Below, one piece after another: positions 56,166 to 64,000 of a DNA stretch of 64,000 bases; the first letter of the stretch is position 1; the number at the start of each line of letters is the position of its first letter. The stretch spans positions 11,445-75,444 of the forward strand of contig DURD01000007.1 in the NCBI GenBank assembly GCA_012837435.1, given 5' to 3'. The notes beneath the pieces are model-generated. The model was not told the DNA's origin and did not search any database. It saw only the letters and a list, made by a program, of their open reading frames with translations. The DNA is from Erysipelotrichaceae bacterium (GTDB lineage Bacteria > Bacillota_I > Bacilli_A > RFN20 > CAG-826). The position numbers and the translations under genes were made by a program.

Positions 56166-57243
56166 TTGTTTTTTGTTTTTTGGTCTTTCGTTTTTCGGCG
56201 CGCATCTCATTATCGGCAACATCGAGAACAGAATCGAGATTGAATGATTCGTCGACTTTAATGATATTCATACCGAGCGATATCGAGGTTCTAAATTCTG
56301 GGTTTTCAGAAAAAGTTAGTTCTTCAACCGCGCGACTATAATAATCAGCGTAGTTTCTTAACTGTTTTTTGCTCACGTTTTCGAAACAGACGACAAACTC
56401 ATCTCCACCCCAACGGCAGACAAAAGCTTCGCTAACTCTCGATAAAACTTCGGCGACTCGACAAAGCACGGTGTTGCCAAATATATGACCGTAATCGTCG
56501 TTGACATTTTTAAAATCATCAATGTCAATAAAAAAACAACCGAAAAAAGAACCCTTGCATCTATTACACTTGGTCATTTCTCCGATGTATTTTATTAAAT
56601 ATCGTTGATTAGCTACATTAGTCAGAGAATCGTGTAACAACGAATATTCTAATTGCTCATTAACTCTTTTATTGATTCGTGCATACAAATAACGAATTAT
56701 TTCCGCGATAGCACCGAAAAGAGTGCAGACCAAATAAAGCAATGAAAAATTTAGTCTGACATCTAAAATGGCTTGCAATGCCTCAGGATTGCTAGCGAAA
56801 ACATAATTTGCGACTGGCGTCCAGTAAATAATCAGGATGGCAACCGCTACAATGAAGGAACCAATCGCCCCCTTTATCAAACCGAAAAAGATAAAAGAAA
56901 AAGAAGGCAACAGTAAGATCCAATAGATAAAAACTTGTCTAGGTCCATTGACCATAAGAAGAAAAACACATAGTGCACTATAACAAACAATGAAAGAATA
57001 ACGAACGATAAGACGATATTTTTTTAGAAAAATACCCAATAAAATAATAAGAATAAAAAGTGCACAAAAACAAAGAACGCCGATGACATACGTATATTCT
57101 CCATAAAAAAATCTAATAAGGCTCGAAACAAGTAAAATTAATAGAATACTTCCAGAATTAAAGAACAGGAAAACATTTTTTCTATACTCATCGTCAATTA
57201 ATCTTTCAATGTACTTTTTAAAAAAATCCCTTCTTGTTTTCAT
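56152..57243 (-). CDS. Integral-membrane diguanylate cyclase (multi-TM N-terminus plus an intact GGDEF domain)
   Basis: Active-site RWGGDEFVV, upstream DDFKNVNDDYGH, and 5-6 N-terminal TM helices. The ATG at 57243 (MKTRRDF) is preferred over the track's TTG at 57285. Confidence 0.7.
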   Translation of the reverse strand: MKTRRDFFKKYIERLIDDEYRKNVFLFFNSGSILLILLVSSLIRFFYGEYTYVIGVLCFCALFILIILLGIFLKKYRLIVRYSFIVCYSALCVFLLMVNGPRQVFIYWILLLPSFSFIFFGLIKGAIGSFIVAVAILIIYWTPVANYVFASNPEALQAILDVRLNFSLLYLVCTLFGAIAEIIRYLYARINKRVNEQLEYSLLHDSLTNVANQRYLIKYIGEMTKCNRCKGSFFGCFFIDIDDFKNVNDDYGHIFGNTVLCRVAEVLSRVSEAFVCRWGGDEFVVCFENVSKKQLRNYADYYSRAVEELTFSENPEFRTSISLGMNIIKVDESFNLDSVLDVADNEMRAEKRKTKKQKTTKQA

Positions 57244-57411
57244 CGCGCCATTAATTTTACAAATTTTACGCTCAATTATCAACAATATTCTACTGAACTA
57301 GAATATTCCAGCAGGTTTTTTGACTAATTTGTATTTTTGTCTTGTGTCAAAAGGTAAATGTTTTATAATGATTTTGCTCGTGGGACCTTTTTGGCCTATA
57401 GGGAGAAAATC

Positions 57412-57993
57412 ATGTTTCAAAAGTTGACCACCAAAAAAATTGCTGTTACTGGTATATTATTAGCCCTTGAAATTATTTTTCAAATCATCGGCAACTACTT
57501 ACAAATTGGTCCAGTTAATATCAATTTATCATTAGTGACTGTGGCTTTGGCGGCTGTTATTTGTGGACCCATATCTGGTGCGATATTGGGTTTTTTTAAT
57601 GGGGTTGTAGTTTTGTTTTCGCCTTCAACCATCGCCATTTTCATGCCGATTAGTGTAGGCGGAACGATTTTGACCTGTTTAAGTAAATGTACTATCGCTG
57701 GCTTTTTAGCTGGTTTATTTTTTGAATTACTGCGAAAAATAAATCGAACAACGGCTTTGATTGGTGCCAGTTTGTTGGTTCCCATGATTAATACGGCTTT
57801 CTTCATCGTCTACAGTTTGATATTTTTTAGACCATTTTTAGAAAGTGGCGTTGGCGATACTTATCCTAACGCTAGTGCTTATTTAATATTAGGGGTGGTC
57901 GCTTATAATTTCATCTTTGAATTACTAGCGTGTACAATTTTAACACCTCTTATTGGAAACGTTCTCTTGTCGCGAGAACAAAAACATATTTAA
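57412..57993 (+). CDS. ECF-transporter substrate-specific (S) component, substrate unknown
   Basis: Six TM helices, about 190 aa, with the Gly-rich N-terminal helix typical of ECF S components. AGGGAG RBS. Upstream lie a TTGTGT-N16-TATAAT promoter and an 8-bp inverted repeat (ATATTCTA..TAGAATAT) at 57336-57357. Confidence 0.5.
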   Translation: MFQKLTTKKIAVTGILLALEIIFQIIGNYLQIGPVNINLSLVTVALAAVICGPISGAILGFFNGVVVLFSPSTIAIFMPISVGGTILTCLSKCTIAGFLAGLFFELLRKINRTTALIGASLLVPMINTAFFIVYSLIFFRPFLESGVGDTYPNASAYLILGVVAYNFIFELLACTILTPLIGNVLLSREQKHI

Positions 57994-58042
57994 TCACGTA
58001 CATAACTTTGATTTTTAAAGAAGAAAAAGCTATCATTTTATT

Positions 58043-59284
58043 ATGGAAAAACCTCTAGCGGATTGCATCCGACCACAGAAACTCGAAGAGATGGTCGGCC
58101 AGCATCACCTTTTGGATGAAGGGACGATTTTTAGAAAGAATTTTGAATCTAAGCGTGTTAGAAATATGGTGTTTTATGGACCTCCTGGAGTGGGAAAGAC
58201 TACCGTTGCTAATATCATCGCGGAAAATTCCGGCTTATCGCTTTTTAAATTAAACGGCACCAGCGCTTCGATTGACGATATTAAAAATGTCATTAAAGAA
58301 ACTGATAGTATTTTCAATACTAATGGCGTTTTATTGTATCTCGACGAAATCCAATATCTAAATAAAAAACAACAACAATCCCTCTTAGAATTCGTTGAAT
58401 CTGGCGAGATTACTCTCATCGCTTCGACGACCGAAAATCCCTATTTTTATATCTATCCCGCTTTATTATCTCGTTGTCTAGTTTTTGAATTTAAAGCCTT
58501 ATCCATCGATGACATTAAAGAAGGTCTACTAAGAGCGGCTAACCGCATTGCGGTTAAATTATCCGATGAAGCCTTGCACAAATTAGCGCTCTCGAGCAAC
58601 GGAGACATGCGCAAGGCCTTGAATAATCTAGATTTTCTTACCGTTTCAGTAGAAAAAGATAAAATTATTGGTATTGAAGAAGTTAATGAGCTCATCGATA
58701 AAGCCCATATCGCTTATGATCGCAGCGAAGATAAACATTTTGATCATCTCAGCGCTTTTATGAAATCATTAAGAGGTAGCGATCCCGATGCCGCCATTTT
58801 TTACTTAGCTAAACTATTAAAAGGTGGAGATATCATCGCCGCTAGCCGAAGATTACTCTGTGCAGTTAGTGAAGATGTAGGTTTAGCCTATCCGCAGCTC
58901 ATACCCCTTGTAAAATCCTGTGTCGATAGTGCGCTTCAGCTCGGACTACCCGAAGCGCGTTTACCATTAGCTAACGCCGCATTACTAATCGCCTTAGCTC
59001 CGAAGAGCAACTCCGCTTATCTAGCGATTGATGAAGCTATGAAAGATATCGATCTCGGTAGAGGAATTAATGTTCCTAGATCGTTGCAAAATACCCATTT
59101 TGATGGAGAAGATGCGACGATAAAAGGACAAAATTATCTTTATCCTCACGATTATAAAAACCATTATGTCAAACAACAATACTTACCCGATGATTTAAAA
59201 AATATTAAATACTATGTACCGCAAGATAATAAGAACGAACAAGCGTTTAAAGAGTATTGGAAAAAAATTAAGAAAAACGATTAA
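58043..59284 (+). CDS. rarA: Replication-associated recombination protein A (RarA/MgsA AAA+ ATPase)
   Basis: GPPGVGKTT Walker A, and the RarA family signature through the C-terminal domain. Confidence 0.85.
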   Translation: MEKPLADCIRPQKLEEMVGQHHLLDEGTIFRKNFESKRVRNMVFYGPPGVGKTTVANIIAENSGLSLFKLNGTSASIDDIKNVIKETDSIFNTNGVLLYLDEIQYLNKKQQQSLLEFVESGEITLIASTTENPYFYIYPALLSRCLVFEFKALSIDDIKEGLLRAANRIAVKLSDEALHKLALSSNGDMRKALNNLDFLTVSVEKDKIIGIEEVNELIDKAHIAYDRSEDKHFDHLSAFMKSLRGSDPDAAIFYLAKLLKGGDIIAASRRLLCAVSEDVGLAYPQLIPLVKSCVDSALQLGLPEARLPLANAALLIALAPKSNSAYLAIDEAMKDIDLGRGINVPRSLQNTHFDGEDATIKGQNYLYPHDYKNHYVKQQYLPDDLKNIKYYVPQDNKNEQAFKEYWKKIKKND

Positions 59285-59329
59285 CTTTGTTATATATACT
59301 AAATAAATACTAGAAAAGAACTATTTAAT

Positions 59330-60244
59330 ATGGATTCATTAAAAACATTGATGGATAAAAAAGAATACGATTTAGTGATAAAGCTCACAGAAAAGAGCGA
59401 GGATTCGATTTCGATTTTTTATCGAATTAGCGCTCTAATTGCTACTAATCACGCCCTCGAGGCTTTAAAAATCATTAAACAAAAAAGAAAAGTTTTACAA
59501 AGCCGCCTCTCTCTTTTGGTGAAGGTTCATATCGAACTATTGTGCTTATTGAAAAAATTTGATGAAGCTTATGAAGAATTAAATTATTATCGAGAACTTC
59601 CTTATGAAAATCAAGAGACTGAAGAGTTGTTACGAGGAATGGATAAATACATAAGGCACGAAGAAAGAAATCAATATTATAAAAAAGAAGTAGGTCAAGA
59701 AGAAATCAGCCAGAAATTATTATCGAGCGATGATGATAGTGTCTTACTGGCTCTTGATCAAATTCGTTCTCTACCTTTAGAACCATATATAATGCCTTTG
59801 TCTCGTATTTTGATAGACCATCCTCGTCAGGCCATTAGAACCTTGACTCTTCTCCTTCTCGTTTCAAGAAAATACGATAAAGAAGTATCTTTTTTACATA
59901 TCGATCGCCTGATAAAAGTAATTCCTTCGCAGTTAGAAGAACCTTTCTCTATCAGCGGTTTTAAAGATATTAAAGAGCTGTCTTCCGCTTTTCAAGATGC
60001 TTATCGCGATCCGAGTGTCTCGCAAAATGCTTTGCACCTCCTTTCTTCTTATCTAATCTATCTCTATCCTGAAAAAACCTCTCTTACTTTCGAAGAAATC
60101 ATCACGATATTCGGTTATCTAGCTAAAGAAGCTTTAAGGAGTGAAGATTGCGACTTGGAGGCTCTGTGCTCAAAGAGCAATTTAGACTTCGATAGAATCG
60201 AAAAAATTACTTTAAAAATTAAAGAACAACTCAAAAATTTCTAA
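59330..60244 (+). CDS. Hypothetical alpha-helical protein
   Basis: A 304-aa ORF with no recognisable motifs. Its position between rarA and tig suggests a core gene. Confidence 0.3.
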   Translation: MDSLKTLMDKKEYDLVIKLTEKSEDSISIFYRISALIATNHALEALKIIKQKRKVLQSRLSLLVKVHIELLCLLKKFDEAYEELNYYRELPYENQETEELLRGMDKYIRHEERNQYYKKEVGQEEISQKLLSSDDDSVLLALDQIRSLPLEPYIMPLSRILIDHPRQAIRTLTLLLLVSRKYDKEVSFLHIDRLIKVIPSQLEEPFSISGFKDIKELSSAFQDAYRDPSVSQNALHLLSSYLIYLYPEKTSLTFEEIITIFGYLAKEALRSEDCDLEALCSKSNLDFDRIEKITLKIKEQLKNF

Positions 60245-60350
60245 CTTTTTGAGAAATAAAACTCTTTTTGTAAAGTGTTTGTCTTGTCTTTTATTACGGG
60301 CACGTGATATATTTATACACGCATAAAAATCTGAAAGGACAAAATGTCTC

Positions 60351-61628
60351 ATGGAAAGAAAAGTAACAAAATTACCCAACTGCCACACCGAAGTTATTGT
60401 CGATGTGGACAAAGACCTTTGGAAGAAGGCCCAAGATAAAGCTTTTAACAAAATTGCGAAAAGTATTACTGTTCCGGGTTTCCGCCCGGGAAAAGCTCCC
60501 ATCAGTATGTTAAAAAATCGCGTCGATCAAACCAAAGTTTTTAACGAAGCAATCAATGAGGTTATAGTTCCAGTCTATCAAAACATTCTAGAAGAAGAAC
60601 AAATTCAACCATATGCTAGACCTTCTGTCGATGTAATAAAATTATCAGAGGAAGAACTAGAACTAAAATATGTCATAGTCACCCGTCCAGAAGTGACACT
60701 CGGTCAATATAAAGGTTACGAACTAGGTAAGGAAGAACCCGAAGTTACTGAAGAGGAAATTGATGCTGCGATTGAAGAACTCCGCAGGCAGAATGCCACT
60801 ATCATCATGAAAGAAGGACCCGCGGCTCTCGGCGATATAGTCGTCATCGACTTCGAGGGGAGAATCAATAACGTCCCATTCGAAGGGGGAAAAGCAGAGA
60901 ATTACGAATTAGAACTCGGATCTAACAGTTTCGTCCCCGGATTTGAAGAACAACTCGTGGGGGTAACTCCCGGAACTTCTATCGATGTTAAAATTAAATT
61001 TCCCGATAATTATGGCTCTAAAGAAATCGCGGGTAAAGAGGCTGTATTCCACTGCGAAGTTCACGATGTGAAACAAAAAGCCTTGCCAGGACTTGATGAT
61101 GACTTTATCAAAGATTTAAATTTTCTCGGTGTGACCTCAATTGGACAACTGAGGGATAATCGCCGTGCGCAATTATTAAAACAAAAAACTAAAGTGGCCA
61201 AATCGAATTACGTCAATAAATTAATCGAAGAAATCAAGAAAGTTTCAACTTTTGACATTCCAACGGAAGTAATCGAGGAAGAAAAAGAAAATCGTGAGAA
61301 ACAACTAGAAAATAAATTAAAACAGTCTGGTCTTGATATCGCTCAATATTTGGACTTAGTCAAGTTAACGGAAGAAGAACTAGACAAACAGTTAGAAGAA
61401 GAAGCGATAAAAGGCTTACAATCATATTTGATCGTCGAGAGCGTAGGGATGAAGGAAGAACTTTCTGTCAGCGAAGAAGAAATTGAATTCGAGCTCGCTA
61501 AGATGGCGGATCAATATCGCATGACTATCGATCAAGTCAAGCAAGCTCTCGGTCAACAAATGGAACATTTCGGTCAAAATTTACTAATGACCAAAATCGA
61601 AGATTTTTTAGTTGAAAATAACCATTAA
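60351..61628 (+). CDS. tig: Trigger factor
   Basis: The ribosome-binding signature GFRPGKAP near the N-terminus, and the tig-lon order. Confidence 0.9.
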   Translation: MERKVTKLPNCHTEVIVDVDKDLWKKAQDKAFNKIAKSITVPGFRPGKAPISMLKNRVDQTKVFNEAINEVIVPVYQNILEEEQIQPYARPSVDVIKLSEEELELKYVIVTRPEVTLGQYKGYELGKEEPEVTEEEIDAAIEELRRQNATIIMKEGPAALGDIVVIDFEGRINNVPFEGGKAENYELELGSNSFVPGFEEQLVGVTPGTSIDVKIKFPDNYGSKEIAGKEAVFHCEVHDVKQKALPGLDDDFIKDLNFLGVTSIGQLRDNRRAQLLKQKTKVAKSNYVNKLIEEIKKVSTFDIPTEVIEEEKENREKQLENKLKQSGLDIAQYLDLVKLTEEELDKQLEEEAIKGLQSYLIVESVGMKEELSVSEEEIEFELAKMADQYRMTIDQVKQALGQQMEHFGQNLLMTKIEDFLVENNH

Positions 61629-61658
61629 TCGTTTATTATTACAAAAAGGAGACCGTTT

Positions 61659-63983
61659 ATGAAAAAAGGGGCACAAGTATTATCATTACCTTTACTACCG
61701 ACACGTAGTTTTGTTCTTTTTCCTTCGACTATCCAGCCGATTGAAGCGGGACGGGCTTTTTCTATTAATGCTATTCGTGCCGCCCATTTAAAAACCGACT
61801 CTTTATTATTTGTCGTTTCGCAGAGAAATCCCAACGATGAACAAGTCAGTTTAGAAAACGTTTACGAAGTCGGCTGTTTATGTCGCATTGTATCAATTAT
61901 CGAAAGAAGCAACCTTTTGCGAGTAAGAGTGGATGTGGTCGAAAGAGTTAAATTGACCTCTTTAACTTACGATTCTGAAAAGGGATACTATGTCGCTGAC
62001 GGAGAGGTAAAGGAATTTTCTGAAGTCGATAGCGTTACCAATGAAACCATCGTTCGCGCCCTAGTCGAGAAATTAAACAATCTTCCTAATGTTTTATCGT
62101 TGCTCAGCAAAACGGCGCTCAACATGATTAATAAAGCTAAAGACGCGGTTTCTTTATGCTATATTCTCGCGAGCAATTTGCAAGGGTCAACGGAAGAAAA
62201 GCAAAAAATCTTAGAATGTGATGATATCAACGAATTGATGGAAAAAGTTCTCGTCCTCATTTCCGGAGAGCAAACTAAAGCCCAAATTGAAGAAAATATC
62301 GCGACAACCGTGAGAGAATCAGCGGAAAAAAGTCAAAAAGAGTACTTTTTAAGAGAAAAACTAAAAGCGATTAAAAAGGAGCTCGGTGAAACCACTGACG
62401 GGAGTAATTCTCCTGAATCAATTTTAGAAAAACTAGAAAATAATCCCTATCCAGAGAACATCAAAAAGAAAGTCAAAAGCGAGCTAAACAAGCTCGATAT
62501 GATGCCTCAAGGTTCACTGGAAGGGGCCCTCATACAAAACTATTTGGATGTTTTGATGTCCATCCCCTGGTGGGAAAAAACTAAAGATGATGAAGATTTA
62601 ATCAAAGTCGAGAAGATTTTAAATGAAAACCACTATGGTTTAGAGATGCCGAAAAAAAGAATTATCGAGTATTTAGCTATCAAAAAGTTAACTGGCAATC
62701 TCAAATCACCTATTTTGTGTTTCTACGGACCTCCAGGAACCGGTAAGACTTCTCTTGGCAAATCCATTGCTCATGCTTTAGGAAGAAAGTTTTTTAAAGC
62801 CTCGTTAGGGGGCATTTCTGATGAAGCAGAAATCCGTGGCCATCGCCGCACCTATGTCGGTTCTTTACCGGGAAGAATCATCCAAGGAATGCGTAAAGTT
62901 GGGGTAACCAATCCCGTCTTTTTACTCGATGAAGTCGATAAACTAGCTTCATCGTATAAAGGCGACCCTGCGAGCGCATTATTAGAAGTGCTCGATCCTG
63001 AACAAAACCATCAATTCAACGATAATTATGTCGAAGAGCCTTATGATTTAAGCGATGTTTTATTCATCTGCACCGCGAACTATTTAGAAAATATTCCTGG
63101 TCCTTTAAGAGATCGGTTGGAACTCATTCAACTATCTTCCTATACCGAAATTGAAAAAATGCATATCGTCAAGGAACACTTAATCGATAAGCAAATCGCT
63201 CTTAACGGCTTGAAGAAAGATCAAGTCGAATTCACCGATGACGCTATTAAGTTTATCATCCGTTCTTATACGAGAGAAGCGGGGGTTCGTGAATTAGAAA
63301 GAAAGATCGCTTCTTGCTTAAGAAAAGTAGCGGTTAACTATGTTAAAAATCCTAAAATTGGCAAGACGATTATCGATCCTGATAAGGCTCGTGAATTTTT
63401 ATTAACTCCGCCTTTTGAAGATACACAGAAGGAGAAAGAACCACAAATTGGTGTGGTAACTGGTCTAGCTTATACTGAATATGGCGGCGATATCTTACCG
63501 ATTGAAGTCAATTACTTTAAAGGAAAGGGCAACTTAATATTAACTGGCCACTTAGGCAACATCATGAAAGAAAGCGCTAGTATTGCTCTAGATTATGTTA
63601 AAGCCAATGCAGAACATTTCGTCATTGACCCCGATGTTTTCGCGAATAACGACATTCACATCCACGTTCCAGAAGGAGCGGTTCCGAAGGATGGCCCGAG
63701 CGCCGGTGTCGCAATAGCATGTGCTATTATTTCCTGTCTCAGCAAACGAGCGGTATCTCCTGATGTCGCGATGACGGGTGAAGTGACCTTGAGAGGTCGA
63801 ACCTTACCTATCGGTGGTCTAAGAGAAAAATCTCTCGCCGCTTTAAGAAGTGGTATCAAAAAAATTATCGTCCCAAAAGACAATAAAAAAGATGTCGACG
63901 AACTGCCCGTTGAAGTGAAAGAAAGTTTGCAAATTACTTATATGGAAAATGTCGATGACGCCGTCAAAGAGTGTTTTGTGTAA
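61659..63983 (+). CDS. lon: ATP-dependent Lon protease
   Basis: Lon N domain, the AAA+ Walker A GPPGTGKTS and the catalytic Ser in DGPSAGVA. Confidence 0.9.
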   Translation: MKKGAQVLSLPLLPTRSFVLFPSTIQPIEAGRAFSINAIRAAHLKTDSLLFVVSQRNPNDEQVSLENVYEVGCLCRIVSIIERSNLLRVRVDVVERVKLTSLTYDSEKGYYVADGEVKEFSEVDSVTNETIVRALVEKLNNLPNVLSLLSKTALNMINKAKDAVSLCYILASNLQGSTEEKQKILECDDINELMEKVLVLISGEQTKAQIEENIATTVRESAEKSQKEYFLREKLKAIKKELGETTDGSNSPESILEKLENNPYPENIKKKVKSELNKLDMMPQGSLEGALIQNYLDVLMSIPWWEKTKDDEDLIKVEKILNENHYGLEMPKKRIIEYLAIKKLTGNLKSPILCFYGPPGTGKTSLGKSIAHALGRKFFKASLGGISDEAEIRGHRRTYVGSLPGRIIQGMRKVGVTNPVFLLDEVDKLASSYKGDPASALLEVLDPEQNHQFNDNYVEEPYDLSDVLFICTANYLENIPGPLRDRLELIQLSSYTEIEKMHIVKEHLIDKQIALNGLKKDQVEFTDDAIKFIIRSYTREAGVRELERKIASCLRKVAVNYVKNPKIGKTIIDPDKAREFLLTPPFEDTQKEKEPQIGVVTGLAYTEYGGDILPIEVNYFKGKGNLILTGHLGNIMKESASIALDYVKANAEHFVIDPDVFANNDIHIHVPEGAVPKDGPSAGVAIACAIISCLSKRAVSPDVAMTGEVTLRGRTLPIGGLREKSLAALRSGIKKIIVPKDNKKDVDELPVEVKESLQITYMENVDDAVKECFV

Positions 63984-64000
63984 TTATGATCGATTTTAAT

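Noticed and set aside
57370-57411. Possible preQ1-I riboswitch upstream of the ECF S-component
   Set aside because: The 5' UTR is only about 40 nt, and I could not fold the required 5-bp hairpin plus A-rich tail with the CUA pseudoknot. The only notable feature is the CCTATAGG palindrome.
1-64000. Alternative genetic code (UGA=Trp), as in Mycoplasma
   Set aside because: rsmH terminates with TGA at 21433-21435 at its expected length. All conserved proteins are full-length under the standard code.

Overview
This is a low-GC, coding-dense bacterial window with standard genetic code: rsmH ends in TGA, and long ORFs read through under code 11. The gene order points to a Firmicutes/Tenericutes (Mollicutes-like) lineage. 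Evidence is a polA-mutM(-coaE) block, a short DnaE of about 1000 aa, a dcw cluster reduced to mraZ-rsmH-ftsL-like followed directly by ftsA-ftsZ with no pbp/mur/ftsW genes between, and Mollicute-style lipoboxes.

Core content up to about 38 kb:
- polA, dnaE, nrnA and ackA on the minus strand.
- glgB-glgP, a dimeric-dUTPase-like gene, a DUF523 gene, a DUF45 hydrolase and a TrmH-family methylase.
- pheS-pheT and a YceD-like gene.
- mraZ-rsmH-ftsL-like-ftsA-ftsZ, followed by an Endonuclease-I family lipoprotein nuclease.
- A T-box leader, then ileS-lspA-rluD.
- A DUF4143 AAA ATPase, a PHP phosphatase and rnhC, divergent from mutS2-uvrC.
- A tRNA-Arg(UCU) gene at 38044.

Downstream of the tRNA lies an apparent accessory island (~38.1-57.3 kb). 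It contains:
- a small coupled ORF;
- a single-chain R-M-S (Type IIB/IIG-like) restriction-modification gene, interrupted by a G10 homopolymer tract from a second specificity-domain ORF (a phase-variation switch);
- an 870-bp ORF-free region;
- two tandem paralogous transmembrane PAS-PAS-degenerate GGDEF-EAL sensor phosphodiesterases;
- a lipase-like α/β hydrolase, a membrane-anchored tandem-GNAT protein and a DUF2974 hydrolase;
- two tandem RimK-type ATP-grasp ligases;
- a hemolysin-III channel, a small P-loop protein and a membrane GGDEF cyclase.

The window ends with core genes: ECF S-component, rarA, a hypothetical gene, tig and lon.
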